From the NCBI RefSeq assembly GCF_000143415.4, contig NW_003314276.1, forward strand, positions 391,906-455,905: a DNA stretch of 64,000 nucleotides. The letters run 5' to 3'. Numbering within the stretch: position 1 is the first letter of the stretch; each line of letters begins with the position of its first letter. Positions 36,066 to 49,379 of the stretch are shown piece by piece. The position numbers and the translations under genes are program-made. The notes below the pieces were generated by a model that saw only the letters and a list, made by a program, of their open reading frames with translations, did not search any database and was not told where the DNA came from. The DNA comes from Selaginella moellendorffii (taxonomy: Eukaryota > Plantae > Lycopodiophyta).

Positions 36066-39000
36066 TTGAATTAATACCCAATACCTGTTTATGGGTGATA
36101 GGCCATACTAAATTTCAATTTGGTGCAATACTGTTCTAGGAGAGTTCTCCAGAACTTGCTGGTGAAGATCTTATCTCGATCTGAGATTATCTCCTCTAGC
36201 GTTCCCCACACTTGAACCACTTGTTCGAAGAACAGCTTCGCCACACCTTCCTCCTCCACTTTTGTTCTGATAGGTATGAAATGTGCCATCTTTGAAAATC
36301 GGTCCACCATCACGAATATTGCATCAAACCCCTCATTTGGGGGGAGTCCTGTGATGAAGTCTATCGTAAGACATTTCCACGGACGATCTGGAATTGGGAT
36401 GCTTTGTAACAAACCCCCACTAGCCTTAGTCACGGCTTTGACCTGCTGACATGTTGGACATGTCTTTATATAGTCTTGGACGTCCTTAGCCAAATCTGGC
36501 TAGTGGTACTTCCTCTTGAGTAAGCCCATCTTCTTGGGCACTCTACCGTGTGCCACAAGAGGTCCATCATGACACTCTTCTAAAGCTATCTTCCTTAGTT
36601 CCCCTTGCTGTCATGCTGAATATCGCTAACTTCAAGCTTGCTTTTTGATTTAGTGCATCTGCTATGACATTACTCTTCCCAGGCTTGTATAGAATCTTGC
36701 AATCAAACTCGACCAAAGTATTGGCCCACTGACTTTGTTTCCCTCTCAAGTCGGGCTGTGATAAGAAGTGTTTGGTTGCCACATTGTTCATGTAAACCTT
36801 GAAGTGTCTCCCAAGGTAGTGTCGCCACTCCTTGAGTGCCTTGACCACCGCAAACAATTCCTTCTCGTAGGTAGGCGAACAAGTCCTCAATCCTTGGCAA
36901 AAGGTACTTGTTCTTCGTTGTATACTTTTTGAGCAACCGATAGTGTATACACATGCGCATAGATTCATCTTTCTTTTTCACACATAACACCAATGTCCCA
37001 TACGTTGACTTGCTCAACCTAACATACCGTTTATCCACCAACTCCTCTAGTTGGCTCTTGAGCTCCTCAACTTCCTTTTCGTTCAAACAATAGGGTGGAC
37101 AAACCACCACCTCAGCACCCTCGACCAACTCAATCTTATGTTCTATCGATCGTCTGGGGGGCAACCCCACTAGTAGCTCCTCTGGCATGGTATCCTGGAA
37201 TTGGTCCAACACTTGCTTGATCACTAAAGGTACTTCTTCTGTTCCTATCTTTTTGTCACTCTTCACCGAGAGTAAGCACAAAAATGTTGCTTTGGTTCCT
37301 TTAGTGAGTTGTCCTCTTGTGGACACTAAGTTTAATTAGGAATCTTTGGCCTTGCATTGCCCTACCTTTAGATCCTAGGCCTCCACCCTGGATCTCCTTC
37401 CTTGGGCATTTGCTAGTACAACAAGAATTCTATCTTGTTCATACAGGGCTACCACAAACCGTTGAACCAATCCATTCCGAAGATCACGTCAAATCCCGCC
37501 ATGTCCAACACGGTGAAATCCATGTCTACTTTCCAAGTCCCTACTTCGACTCTCGCTCGTTGAAGTACCTCATCAGTGCTTTGGCTACCTTGAACAAACT
37601 CTATAGTCCTTGGTTTGCCTAGCCGTTGCACCATTAGTCCGGCTTGCCGAACTATATCTGCAGCCACAAAATTATCCAAAGCACCCGTGTCAATAAGGAT
37701 CTTAACAAAGTTACCTCCAAGCTTCCTTCAAAGGGCTAGTAGATGTTGCAAATGACTCTCTACCAAAGTTGCTCGTGTAATGAGTAACTATGAGCTAGGG
37801 ACTGGATCACATACCTTAGTTTGGGTTTCACCCAACTTAATGGCCATATTTGCTCTGACCTTCTTCGGGTAGGGACATTCCCTCAAAAAGTGTCCCGCTT
37901 TGCCGCAGTTGTAACATATGTTGTTTCCCATGCTGCTAGTAGACTTGACCTTTTTATCCGTGGGTTTGTCTCTTTTTGCTTGACTCCCCCACATACTTGC
38001 TCATTGGCCACCGGATCTGCCTTTCCGGAATCCCGAGGACTCATTCTTAGAGAAACTCTTCTTGAATTTCCCTTTGCTATATGTTCCCCTTGATTTGGCC
38101 CCTTTGCTAAACGTGGACCCCGACCCCGTCGTGTTCCCCTTTCATAGGTTATCATTGAAATGCACCTTGATAGCCACATCCAATGCTTCTTTGTAATTGG
38201 TCAGGTTTCAATGCGCTATGAGCCCAGGTTTGCAAGCCTGATATGAAGGCATGGAACACATCCATATCACTCATATCTGTGACCAGTATCCTTTTTGCCA
38301 TAAATCCATTCACATACTCTTGAATGGTTCCAGTCTTCTTTAGCCTACTCAGCTCATCCCTTAGGTGCAGAGTAGCATTTAGAGGAACGTATGTTGTGTG
38401 GATCCTCTCCTTCGTCATTTCCCAAGTGGCCATCAGTCCTTCATTAGCCTCGAACGTCCAACTGAGCCTTGGACGATCGGACCTTGCCACCGGACTCCTG
38501 TTTGGAGGTTTCCTCACTGGAGTCCTCCTCATGCATGTATTCCTCATCTATAGCATCTTGTTCAATTGGAGGCTCCAGCTTTAGCAGAGGTTCTGTCTCT
38601 GCTTGGGTTCGCTTACGCCCTGCCTTTGCCATCTCCCAGCAATCCGCTTCTATCCTTCACTAGAACTGAGCAAAAGGCTTTAATACCAAATTGTAAGCCA
38701 CAAATTTTTCCCTTCCAATTTGCCAGCTTACCTCGTCTATCTGACCAACACTACCTTGGCTTTTTCTAAGTTCCCACGCCAAGGTTCCCGCCTATTGTAT
38801 CAGCTCCTACTTGGTCCTACTTGGTTTTAGCTACTCACTTCACGAGCAATGAAGCGTTAGCCATCCATCTATGGATTCCCAAATCTCTCCCAATCCCCCT
38901 CCCCACATTAGATTGGACTTAAGGTTCGGCTACACTCCCCACAAGCACAAACACCCAAGCACACCAAGCCTCCAGGTTCTTAACACCCCTTGGTACAACA

Positions 39001-39775
39001 ATACTTGATCATGGGACCCTTTAAATCCCAAGCCTTGGGTGCAACACTTGCTTCGGGACACCGGGGCAAAACACCATGGCCTAACGGCCCAATATGGGTA
39101 CCTCTACCCCCCTCCACTTCCATCCCGAAGGAAAGGCCCAAGCCCCTAGGAAGGGCGAGGACCAATGAGTCACAAGGTACTCAAGTGGGGCACCACTCCA
39201 CATGAGCCGAGACCACCGCAATTGGTTTCCCTTTCGGGAGTGGGAGCTGCTCTTGAGCACTTCCTTGGGTGGCCCCTCCGGCACCACCCAAGTCCATGCT
39301 CACTCCCACCCAAAGCCCCTCGGCCCCAGTCTCAACCTCAAGACAATTTAGAAGCACCGCTAGAGAGTTCCTTCAAGACTGGTTCCTAGACCTCACTATC
39401 GCTATTATACTTTTGGAACCCCCTACAGCCCCCCCAGGAGACACACGCTTTGGGCTTTCACCCTTCAACCTGTATTAGTACTTGGACTTGGTCTCGGACT
39501 CGATCTCGGACCCGATCTTGGACTCGACTTCAGACTCGACCTTGGACTTGGTCTCGGACCTGATCTTGGATCTCGGACTCTGTCTCAAACTCGGTCTCGA
39601 ATTCAGTCTCGGAGTCGGCCTCGGACTCGATCCCAGACTCTATCTCAAACTCAGTCTAAGAGTCGGTCTTAGACTCGATCTCAGACTCGGTCCCATCCGA
39701 TGAACTCTTTATCATTTCGGTCATGCTTTCGGGGATCCTTTAGCCTACGACACCTCAGGGAGTTGGTTCCTTACA
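36066..39775 (-). mobile_element. Family A Gypsy, 3'-truncated and internally deleted (5' LTR 38692-39775, gag, protease, partial RT/RNase H, integrase)
   Basis: PBS TGGTATTAAAGCC next to the LTR. Gag from 38632, CYNCGKAGHFLREC, LIDTGA protease, IDFITGLP...SDRD integrase. RT core missing at about 36870. Confidence 0.85.
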
Positions 39776-40549
39776 CTCAGGCTTGGGCTCGGTCTCGGCC
39801 TCAGTCCCGGTCTTGGTCTCGGTCCCAGTCTTGGTCTCAGTCTCGGTGTCGACTTCGGACTCCATCTCGGGTCCTTCTCGGACTCCATCTCGGTCCATCT
39901 CGAAATCCATCTTAGGTCCAACTCAAACTCCATCTCAAAGGATTGAGCTCAATGGATGTGCAACAGAAGGTCAAAAAGGATTTTCCAGCAACATTAATTG
40001 ATGCTATCACTAAGGCTTAAATCTTTTCACCCAAACCGTCAGTCAACTCAGTGAACTCTGGTCAAAAGGATGGTCTCCAGGGTGGTCAACATGATGACCA
40101 ACCCACCAATACTTCATCTTCGGGGAAGAAACAATTGTTGTTTTGTCGTAGTTCGAAGAGTGGAGATGGGAATGAGACAAAAAGACATCAGTTAGACCAA
40201 CGAGAGAAGGACATGGTGGAAGGAAATTGTTTTCGTTGTCACAAAGTTGGACACCATGGCAAGGATTGTCCTCTTCTGAAAGGATCAAAGAATGCTAAGG
40301 TGAATGTGGTGGAATCCATCGTGGATACAGCTCAGACATCTGCTGTGGTGGCTCTTCCACACCCTGTGGCAAAAGTTCAAGAAGCTAAGTCTCGAGTTTG
40401 TATCAACTTTGTAGAGATTAATGGTTCTATGGGCAATCAACTTGTGAAGGCTAAGGGGGACTTTCAGAATAGTGCTGTTAGCATTCTTTTCGATCCACGT
40501 GCTACTCACAACTTTTTGAGCTCCAAGGTGGTGAAAAAACTTGGTGGCT

Positions 40550-42700
40550 TTACACTTTAGTTGAGGATGGTGATATCCAACTTTATTGTTTGTGGTTGAG
40601 ATGTTAGTAGCCATACTATATCCTTATCTATTAAGAGGTTATGTATATATATAAGTCCATCTCATAGTCTTCACTTTAATTTTAGCTGAGTGTTAATCAT
40701 CCATAGCTAGTTCATAAGTTCTTTTACAATGCCCATAGTTATTGGGTAGACATGTTGGTAGGCTTATTATTGTACAATTAGATTTAAGTAGTCATTTTAT
40801 CAATACTTATTTGTGATTCTTTATATTCTATCTAGAGTGTTACCTTTTGTAAGACACAATATTTTTTTTCCTATTTGCCAGCTTACCTTGTTCATCCGAC
40901 CACTACTTGCCTTGACCTTAGTTGAGTGCCCTTGCTAAGGTTCTTGCCTATTGCATTCCTACTTAATTTTACCTACTCACTACACAAACAACAGAGTATT
41001 AGTCATCCATCCATAGATTCCCAAATTTTCTCATAATCCCCCTTTTTGGGTTCAACTAGATTTAAAGTTTAGCTACACTCCCTATAGGCATTTATCCTAT
41101 AGTGATTTACCATAAGATAACCATGGAAGTAGAACCTAAACCCTCTATGTGCCATGTGTTATATGCCATGTGTCACATGCCACGTGTCCAAAGAACAGTG
41201 GTGTGGAACCCAAGTTTTAAAACCTTGAACCATTGAATGAAGGAATGGTGCCAAACTCCCAAGAATGGAGCCAAGAAGCAATAGCATTAGAGCACGAAGC
41301 AACTCCCAAGCATACAGCTTAAGGAGCAAAGAGATAGGAGCATGGAGCAACTTGGATCAGTCTTAGAGCAACTAACATCCCAATGCCAGGACCAACATGC
41401 AAAACGGAGCCAAACAGAGACTCAGTCTTGAACTTGGTCTTGCACTCAGTCTTGAACTTGGTCTCAGAGTTGGTGTCGAACTTGATCTCAGACTCAATTT
41501 TGAACTCGGTCTTGGAGTCGGTGTCAAACTTGATCACGGACTCAATATCGTCCAATAAACTCTTTATCATTCTGATTTTGGTTTCAGAGATCCTTTAGCC
41601 TATAACATTTTGGGGAGTTAGTTCCTTACACCTTTCCATTGGATAAGTATATAACTCAATTATATGATTTTAGTGTTAAATTTTATAAAGACAAGTTGTA
41701 AAGTGTTGTTGGTTGTTTTGCAACTACTAATTGCTTGTAGACTTTGTCAAGGATTGTTGATACTTCACTTAGCTTAATGATGATTGGTAGTGATGGGCTT
41801 GTTTACTGGATGGTATTGCAAATGATTATGTTGTTTGGCTTATATAGTTTTTCCATGTTAGTATATCAATTCTACCTCTTTCAGTATTATCTGGTTGTGT
41901 TTACTCTATGGTTTAAATATTAAATAAAGTATCTTTAACTTTGGTTAACTTGGATCCTAAAGAGTTTTGGGTGGTTATTTACTCTTACTTTTTTTTAATT
42001 TTGTTTTAATGCTGATAATGTTAAAGTGATGTCTTAATATCGATATTGTTAGAGTTGAGATTGGAGTGATAGGAGATGTTTCTCCTTTGGTATATTAGGG
42101 AAGTTAAATTTTCCACCTATGGTGACTTAGATGGTTAGTGATTTAGCCTTATCGGAGACTAACATTTTTTTTCACTAGTCTCAATGACGATGGTATTGAT
42201 AGTTTGGCCATACCTTTAGTGTCAATAACATTCATACATTTGCTAGTTAGTATTTATATTGGCATTAAAATGAACTAAGTGGCAAGTCGGGCTAGCTATG
42301 TGCTAAATCAAATTATTTAGTAAAGATTGAGCTTTAGCTTTTCCTTGAAAAGTAATTTAATCACTATATTAACTTTATAACAAGAAGTGTTAATGATTGA
42401 TATTGGTGTTATTAATTCCTTGTTAGATTTGAGTTGGGATTATATAAATTATTGATAATTCTTCTTATACTTATTATGAAGTGAGTTGTCTATGCTCTCC
42501 ATTAACGCTTATCTGATGAAGTTTTGTTCCTGGATGTATTACGGAGGATATTATAGGTCATACCATGATTTCTTATTTTAACATTCTTAATTAACTCTAC
42601 TAGTATATAACACACTTAAATTTGGAGTTGAACTTTAAGGCCGTTGAACGTTAATGAAGGTTTGGTACACTCTCAATCCTGAGCACTAGCTCCCTGTATC
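40550..42700 (+). mobile_element. Decayed family D internal sequence
   Basis: Patchy similarity to 51430-52740, e.g. ATAAGTCCATCTCAT.GTCTTCACTTTA and ATTATTTAGTAAAG.TTGAGCTTTAGC. Confidence 0.6.
40848..41630 (-). mobile_element. Solo family A LTR whose centre is replaced by an inverted family D LTR segment
   Basis: TG...CA ends with TSD CCTTT on both sides. About 41090-41420 is the reverse complement of about 54990-55310. Confidence 0.75.
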
Positions 42701-44027
42701 CAACATCTATATGCAAATAGTGTCTGAGACAATTTTGATATATCAGTGGCTTAATGCAAGGAGGAGGGTACCCTACCAACTAGAGCTATATGGAGTTTGG
42801 GCTTAAACCCAAGTCATATGCAAAATAAGGAGCGATATAGCCTAGTAGAAGCCAAACTAATGTCTCAAGTGGTTGGGGGCCATGCATTACAACCCCTATC
42901 CCTACTATACATTCAGCCCCCCCCCCCCCCCCACCTTCCCTTGAGGAATGCATGCTTTAAGCTTTCACCCTAGTATTAGAAATTAGTCTCTAGGACAAGT
43001 ATGAAACTTAGTAAAAATAAAATGGCACTAAATTGTGAATCAAAGTGTAGGAACAACATCATAGGGTTCAAGACACTCTCTACATTCTATAGCTATGCCT
43101 CTTGAGTGGATCTATACACTTACTATAAAAGCATATAGATCTAAAATGGAACCAACATGTGGAGCATAATAGCGAGGGTGTCTGACGAATATAATAAGCT
43201 ACCATATAACGATATTGAAGGACTAGTCTCAATATGGTGGGAGTTCTTACCAACTAGTGCAAGATAGAGTACAAATGCTAATGTAAACAATAAATTTTTC
43301 CTTTCCAATTTGCCAGCTTACCTCGTCTATCCGACCAACACTGTCTTAGCTTTTAGCTAAGTTCCCTCGCCAAGGTTCTTGCCTATTGTACCATCTCTTA
43401 CTTAGTCCTACTTGGTTTCAACTACTCATTGCACGAGCAACAAAGCGTTAGCCATCCATCCACGAATACCCAAATCCCTCCCAATCCCCCTCCCCGGGTT
43501 AAACTAGACTTAAGGTTTGGCTACACTCCCCATAGGTACAAGCAGCGAAGCACACCAAGCCTCCAGATTCCTAACATCCCTTGGTACAAAGTTCACGGAA
43601 GAACTTTCAACAAGACTTGATCATGCAACCCTCTAAATCCCAAGCCTTGGGTGCAACACTTGCTTCGGAATGCCGGGGCAAAACACTATGGCCTAACGGC
43701 CTGGTATGGGTACCTCTACCCCCCCACTTCCATCCCAAAGGGAAGGCCCAAGCCCCTAGGAAGGGCAAGGACCAATGAGCCACAAGGTACTCAAGTGGGG
43801 CACCACTCCACATGAGCCGAGAGCACTGCAGTCCGTTTCTCTTCCGGGAGTAGGAGCTGCTCTTGAGCACTTCCTTGGGTGGCCCCTCCAGCACCACCCG
43901 AGTCCATGCTCACTCCCACCCAACGCCCCTCGGTCCCAATCTCAACCTCAAGTCAATTTAGAAGCACCACTAGAGAGTTCCTTCAAGACTGGTTCCTGGA
44001 CCTCACTATCCCTACTATACTTTTGGG

Positions 44028-44744
44028 NNNNNNNNNNNNNNNNNNNNNNNNNNNNNNNNNNNNNNNNNNNNNNNNNNNNNNNNNNNNNNNNNNNNNNNNN
44101 NNNNNNNNNNNNNNNNNNNNNNNNNNNNNNNNNNNNNNNNNNNNNNNNNNNNNNNNNNNNNNNNNNNNNNNNNNNNNNNNNNNNNNNNNNNNNNNNNNNN
44201 NNNNNNNNNNNNNNNNNNNNNNNNNNNNNNNNNNNNNNNNNNNNNNNNNNNNNNNNNNNNNNNNNNNNNNNNNNNNNNNNNNNNNNNNNNNNNNNNNNNN
44301 NNNNNNNNNNNNNNNNNNNNNNNNNNNNNNNNNNNNNNNNNNNNNNNNNNNNNNNNNNNNNNNNNNNNNNNNNNNNNNNNNNNNNNNNNNNNNNNNNNNN
44401 NNNNNNNNNNNNNNNNNNNNNNNNNNNNNNNNNNNNNNNNNNNNNNNNNNNNNNNNNNNNNNNNNNNNNNNNNNNNNNNNNNNNNNNNNNNNNNNNNNNN
44501 NNNNNNNNNNNNNNNNNNNNNNNNNNNNNNNNNNNNNNNNNNNNNNNNNNNNNNNNNNNNNNNNNNNNNNNNNNNNNNNNNNNNNNNNNNNNNNNNNNNN
44601 NNNNNNNNNNNNNNNNNNNNNNNNNNNNNNNNNNNNNNNNNNNNNNNNNNNNNNNNNNNNNNNNNNNNNNNNNNNNNNNNNNNNNNNNNNNNNNNNNNNN
44701 NNNNNNNNNNNNNNNNNNNNNNNNNNNNNNNNNNNNNNNNNNNN
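44028..44744. other. Assembly gap (N run)
   Basis: Run of N. Confidence 1.
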
Positions 44745-44827
44745 CCCCCCCCCCCGGGAGATGCACACTTTGGGCTTTTACCCCTTGACCTGTATTAGTA
44801 CTCAAACTCGGTCTCAGACTTGATCTT

Positions 44828-47800
44828 TGAAACAAACAAGAGAGCGAACCCTAGGCCAACCTCCCAACCCTTAAGACGTTACGGCCTTAAATCCCACAGG
44901 CCATAGAATATTCTTGGAATATTTCCGTGGTTTGTGTCATTCTCCCCTCCCTCATGACCCAGCCAGATACGGCAGCCTCAAGAAGCTAAACGAGCCTCAC
45001 ATGAAGGGAGTCCAAGGCAATACGGCCATGGAGAAAAGATGTGCAAACGGCAACACCAACGTCGTGACAAACGGCCACAAAAGAAAGAAAGCAATACAGC
45101 TTTCTCACATGACAATACGGTCATGGAAACAAGAGAATGAGAATAGAACAAACGGCTCAAATCATATAGCAATACGGCTATAGAACTCAATTCTCTCTTT
45201 CCTCAGGAATGTCATCCAAGTCATAACCAAAACTCGAAAACACTCTCTTCACGTCATCCTCAATTTCCCATGTAACTTTGTCCATGGAATAACCATTCCA
45301 CTGAACTAACAACTCCTTAGTTGTTTTCCGGCGTGTTTTCACCAATCTTTGAGCAAGAATATTGGCCAGACCAACCTTCTCTGCATCAATCTCTAGAACC
45401 TGGATGATGGACTGATCCATGATATCACCAGAGTGCAAACACACTTTAAGCTTGCTCACATAGAACGTTGGATGAATCTTCGAACTAACTGGCAAGTCCA
45501 AAGTGTATGCAAGATCCCCTACACGCTGTAAAATTGTCCAAGGTCCACAATACCATAGAGACAACTTAGCACTGCCACCTCCTTTTAAAGACCGTTGTGC
45601 ATCCGACAGCTTAAGGAAAACCTTGTCACCAACTTTGTACTCTTGATGACGATGATGCTCATCAGCCAATCTTTGGTCTCGTTCTTGAGCTTGCCTCATG
45701 TTCAATTTTGCCAACTCAAGCTTGTCTTGCATATCCTCCAGGAAATCACAAGCATGAGGAACCCGAACCAAAGCCAAATTCAATCTCACAGGAGACCTAG
45801 GCTCATAGCCATACATTGCCATAAAAGGAGACATGCCAATAGCCGATTGATGAGCGCTATTGTGAGCAAACTGAAGTAAAGGCAAGTATTTCTCCCATAC
45901 TCCTTGTCGAGTCAAATTTCCCACAAAAGACCGTAGCATATCTTCTAATAGCTGATTCATACGCTTTGTCTGCCCATCAGATTGTGGATGCTCACCACTA
46001 CTCATGCTCAGTTTACTCTCTAGTTTCTCAAAGACCATTTGCCAAAACTTGGACGTGAACTTAGGATCCCGATCACTCACAATGTCACCCGGCAAACCAT
46101 AGAGATTGAATAACTGGTCTACAAACAGTCTTCACAGGGAAGAAGTGAGCCATCTTTGTCAAACAATCCACAACAACCCAAATAGCATCATTTCCTTGAA
46201 AGGTTTTGGGCAAACCAGTGATAAAGTCCATTGAAATGCTATCCCTCTTATTCTTGGGTACACGTAAAGGACGATAGAGGCCAGCGAGCTTCTGATGATC
46301 AACTTTGACCACCTGGCAGGTCAAACAACCACGTACGTACTTCTCAACATTTGACTTCATCCCAGGCCAAAAGAAATGCCTCTTCACCAACATATACGTT
46401 CTCAATACCCCCAGATGCCCAGCACTTGGCACATCATGACACTCAACCAAAATCCGTTTGATGAGTTTGTCAACACGAGGAACCACTACACGTCCCTTCT
46501 TCACCAGAATTCCATCTCGTATTTCAAATGACGCAAACTTGTCACCCTTCAAATCTGTAGAGGTGTCCCTTAACAAAACCTTTGCGCGAATATCAATGAT
46601 ATAGGAGTCGAAGTCAACAAACTCCTTAAGCTCATCCAAGAGATCGCTAGATAGCTTCACGAATGAGAGAAAATTTACCATCCTAGATAATGCATTAGCC
46701 ACCTTATTGTCACCTCCATGCTTGTACCAAATCTTAACAGACATTTCCTGCAGGAACTCTTGCCAACGAGCAAGGCGGCCTCGAAGATCCACATCTGGAG
46801 AGACTGATGATCTATGGAAGTCCGATCCATACAGAGAATGTTGCCATTCTTGAGTAGGTCAATTCCGCTGTGTGGCATCAAACTTGTGGCTCATGAATGT
46901 GAGACAATGCCTAACTTGAAGCAATACGGCCCCAAAAGCACTATCACCCACATCATTGCATATAATGTCCACCACAGTCACCTTATTATTCATTGACCCC
47001 TTCAGAACGATCCTTGCTTTGATGTCCAGCCCTATGGCAATGAAAACAATTGCCCTCCACCTTGTCCTTCTCTCGTTGGTCCAACCGATGTCTTTTTGCC
47101 TTACTGCCATCTTCATTCTTCAAGCCACAATGGAACAACAGCCGTTTCTTCCCCGAATATGAAGCATTGGTGAGCTAGTCATCACGTTGACCACCCTGTA
47201 GATCATCTTGTTGACCAGAGTTGATCGAGTTGACTGATGGTTCGGGCAAAAAGATCTGAGCCTTAGTGATAGCATCAGTCAATGTTGCTGGAAAATCCTT
47301 CTTGACCTTTTGCTACACATCCACTAAGCTCAATCCTTTGATGAAACATTGCACCTTTAGCAACTCATTATAGGTGCCCATGAGACTAAGGCAAAGATCA
47401 CGGAACTTGCGGGCATACACATCCAAAGACAAAGTCCCCTGCCGGATCTCTAACAACTGATTCACAAGATCAACCTCTTCAAACTTCTTGACAAATGAAG
47501 CACGGAAAACCTTTGTCAAATCAGTCCAAGAAGTCGGCTTTGGATTAGCTTTGATGTAGTTCTTCCACCATGAAGAACTATGGCCCGTAAGCTTCGTCAC
47601 AAAGAAATCTATCTTCACTTTATCCTCATAAGGATTGTGAGACCAACAACTTTCCCACAATTCCAACCAAGAATCAAGCTCTTGACTGTCACAAACATCT
47701 GGTGATGATTTCCATTCCACGATACCATAATCCTTGGCATGCTTGACGTACCAATGGTAATCACGAACATGAGATTGATTCAACCCTTGAGGGTTCATGC

Positions 47801-48123
47801 GAAGCAAGAAATCCTTAATGAGATTGACAGAATCCTTAACCTCCTTTATGTCGCTCTGAACCTCAGAAATCTGGCGTCCCTACCACACAACGACATCATC
47901 AAGAGTCTCTTCCACATCGTCATGGCTATCATCACTAATGCCATACTCCTCATCAGGATCAATGTCTTGCTCACCCGCCATCCCCAAAAGAACGTGCTAC
48001 TTCGATACCAATGAAACGAACAAGAGAGCGAACCCTAGGCCAACCTCCCAACCCTTAAGGCGTTACGGCCTTAAATCCCACAGGCCATAGAATATTCTCA
48101 GAATATTCCCATGGTTTGTGTCA
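44828..48123 (-). mobile_element. Family C Gypsy chromovirus with 112-bp LTRs, internally deleted (no protease or RT)
   Basis: LTRs at 44828-44939 and 48012-48123. TSD ATCTT. iMet-like PBS at about 47999-48010, PPT at 44940. Gag from 47981, RNase H remnant, integrase 46792-45187 with a chromodomain-like end (LVQWNGY...VTWE). Confidence 0.9.
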
Positions 48124-49379
48124 ATCTTGGACTTGATCTCAGACCCGACTTCGGACTCAATCTTGGACTCGATATCGGACTTGATTTCGGACCCGATCTC
48201 GGACTCGACTTCGGACTTGACCTCAGACTCGGTCTCGGACCCAATCTCAGATCTCGGACTCTGTCTCAAACTCGGTCTCGGAGTCGTCCTTGGACTTAAT
48301 CTCGGACTCTATCTCGAACTCGGTCTTAGAGTCGGTCTTGGACTCAATTTCAGACTCGATCCCATCCAATGAACTCTTTGTCATTTCAATCATGCTTTCG
48401 GGGATCCTTTAGCCTATGACATCTCGGGGAGTTGATTCCTTACAAGTAAGTCCAATTTACTAACACTTGGACAAAAGGGGCTGATAAAAGGAACCAATAA
48501 TACCAACCTCTTACTATTGTGGTAATAACAAAAGAGTGTCCATAAGCATTGGTTGACAAGTATCTTTTGATACCCAAAGTGACATTTGTGACATAGTATA
48601 AAAGAAAATGATAAAGGATTTAGCAATACTAACCTCTTATCAGAAGTAAAAAAAGAATATTTAAAAGGGCTTACTGACAAATAACTTTTAGTACCCATAA
48701 TCACATTTATGATATGCTCCCCCCCTTAAGAAAATTGATGTCTTCGTTGATTCATACTCTAGTCTAGACCACCACTAACTTCAAATAAAGCTTTGTGAAA
48801 AATGCACCAATTTAAATGAGTTATAAGTCTATCTCTCTGTCTATATAGAATGCACTAACACTCATACACCATTTGGCTATTACCAATAAGAAAATATTTA
48901 ATAGAGTTAACCCCTTTGCTACTCTAGATGTCATTCAACTTATAGAAGATATGCCCCTACCTACATGTGAAATAAAGAGAGGAGAGAAAGGCCATTAATA
49001 ATGTTTAAATACACTATTATAAACAAGTAGTTAGAGTGGTTTATATAATTATGCCCTTTTTAACAAAAATTAAGAACATTGAGAAAGAGGTAGGTTATGT
49101 GACCAATTTACAGTAGCTACCCTATAACAAAAGATTTTCTTATACATATAAAGTGCCAAAGCTAATCTGCCAATACTGACCCAAATTTCAGGATTAATGT
49201 GATGGATAATATCAAAGATATAGATAAAGATATTGTAGGTATATCAAAGTATCGGTGAATAAATTAGATTAGTATGCCAAAGTTATCATTCAATAAACTA
49301 GTATAGTACAGGAACCACTAAGATTATTAGTTTAAAAATATAGGATTAAAAATATAGGATATAGGATATAGAAATATAG

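Larger units (their letters stand above)
34848..39937 (-). mobile_element. Diverged family B LTR in pieces (34848 to about 36065, and 39776-39937)
   Basis: Begins TGTAAGCAACTAAATTTTCCATTC like the 5727 LTR. The hexamer array part resumes at 39776. Confidence 0.75.
34188..40560 (+). mobile_element. Family C Gypsy remnant (short LTR, gag, start of protease), split by nested insertions
   Basis: Partial LTR 34188-34284, iMet-like PBS 34286-34297, gag 34315-34847. Gag resumes at about 39935 with CFRCHKVGHHGKDC and ILFDPRATHNF. Homologous to 44828-48123. Confidence 0.8.
43282..48443 (-). repeat. Family A LTR split by an N gap and by the family C element; it sits within an inverted family D remnant (about 42720-49000)
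   Basis: Starts TGTAAACAATAAATTTTTCC at 43282, resumes at 48124, ends TTCCTTACA at 48443. Flanks are reverse complements of parts of 53830-54900. Confidence 0.7.

Noticed and set aside
43775-44835. ORFs spanning N runs (also 52971-53451)
   Set aside because: Artefacts of assembly gaps.
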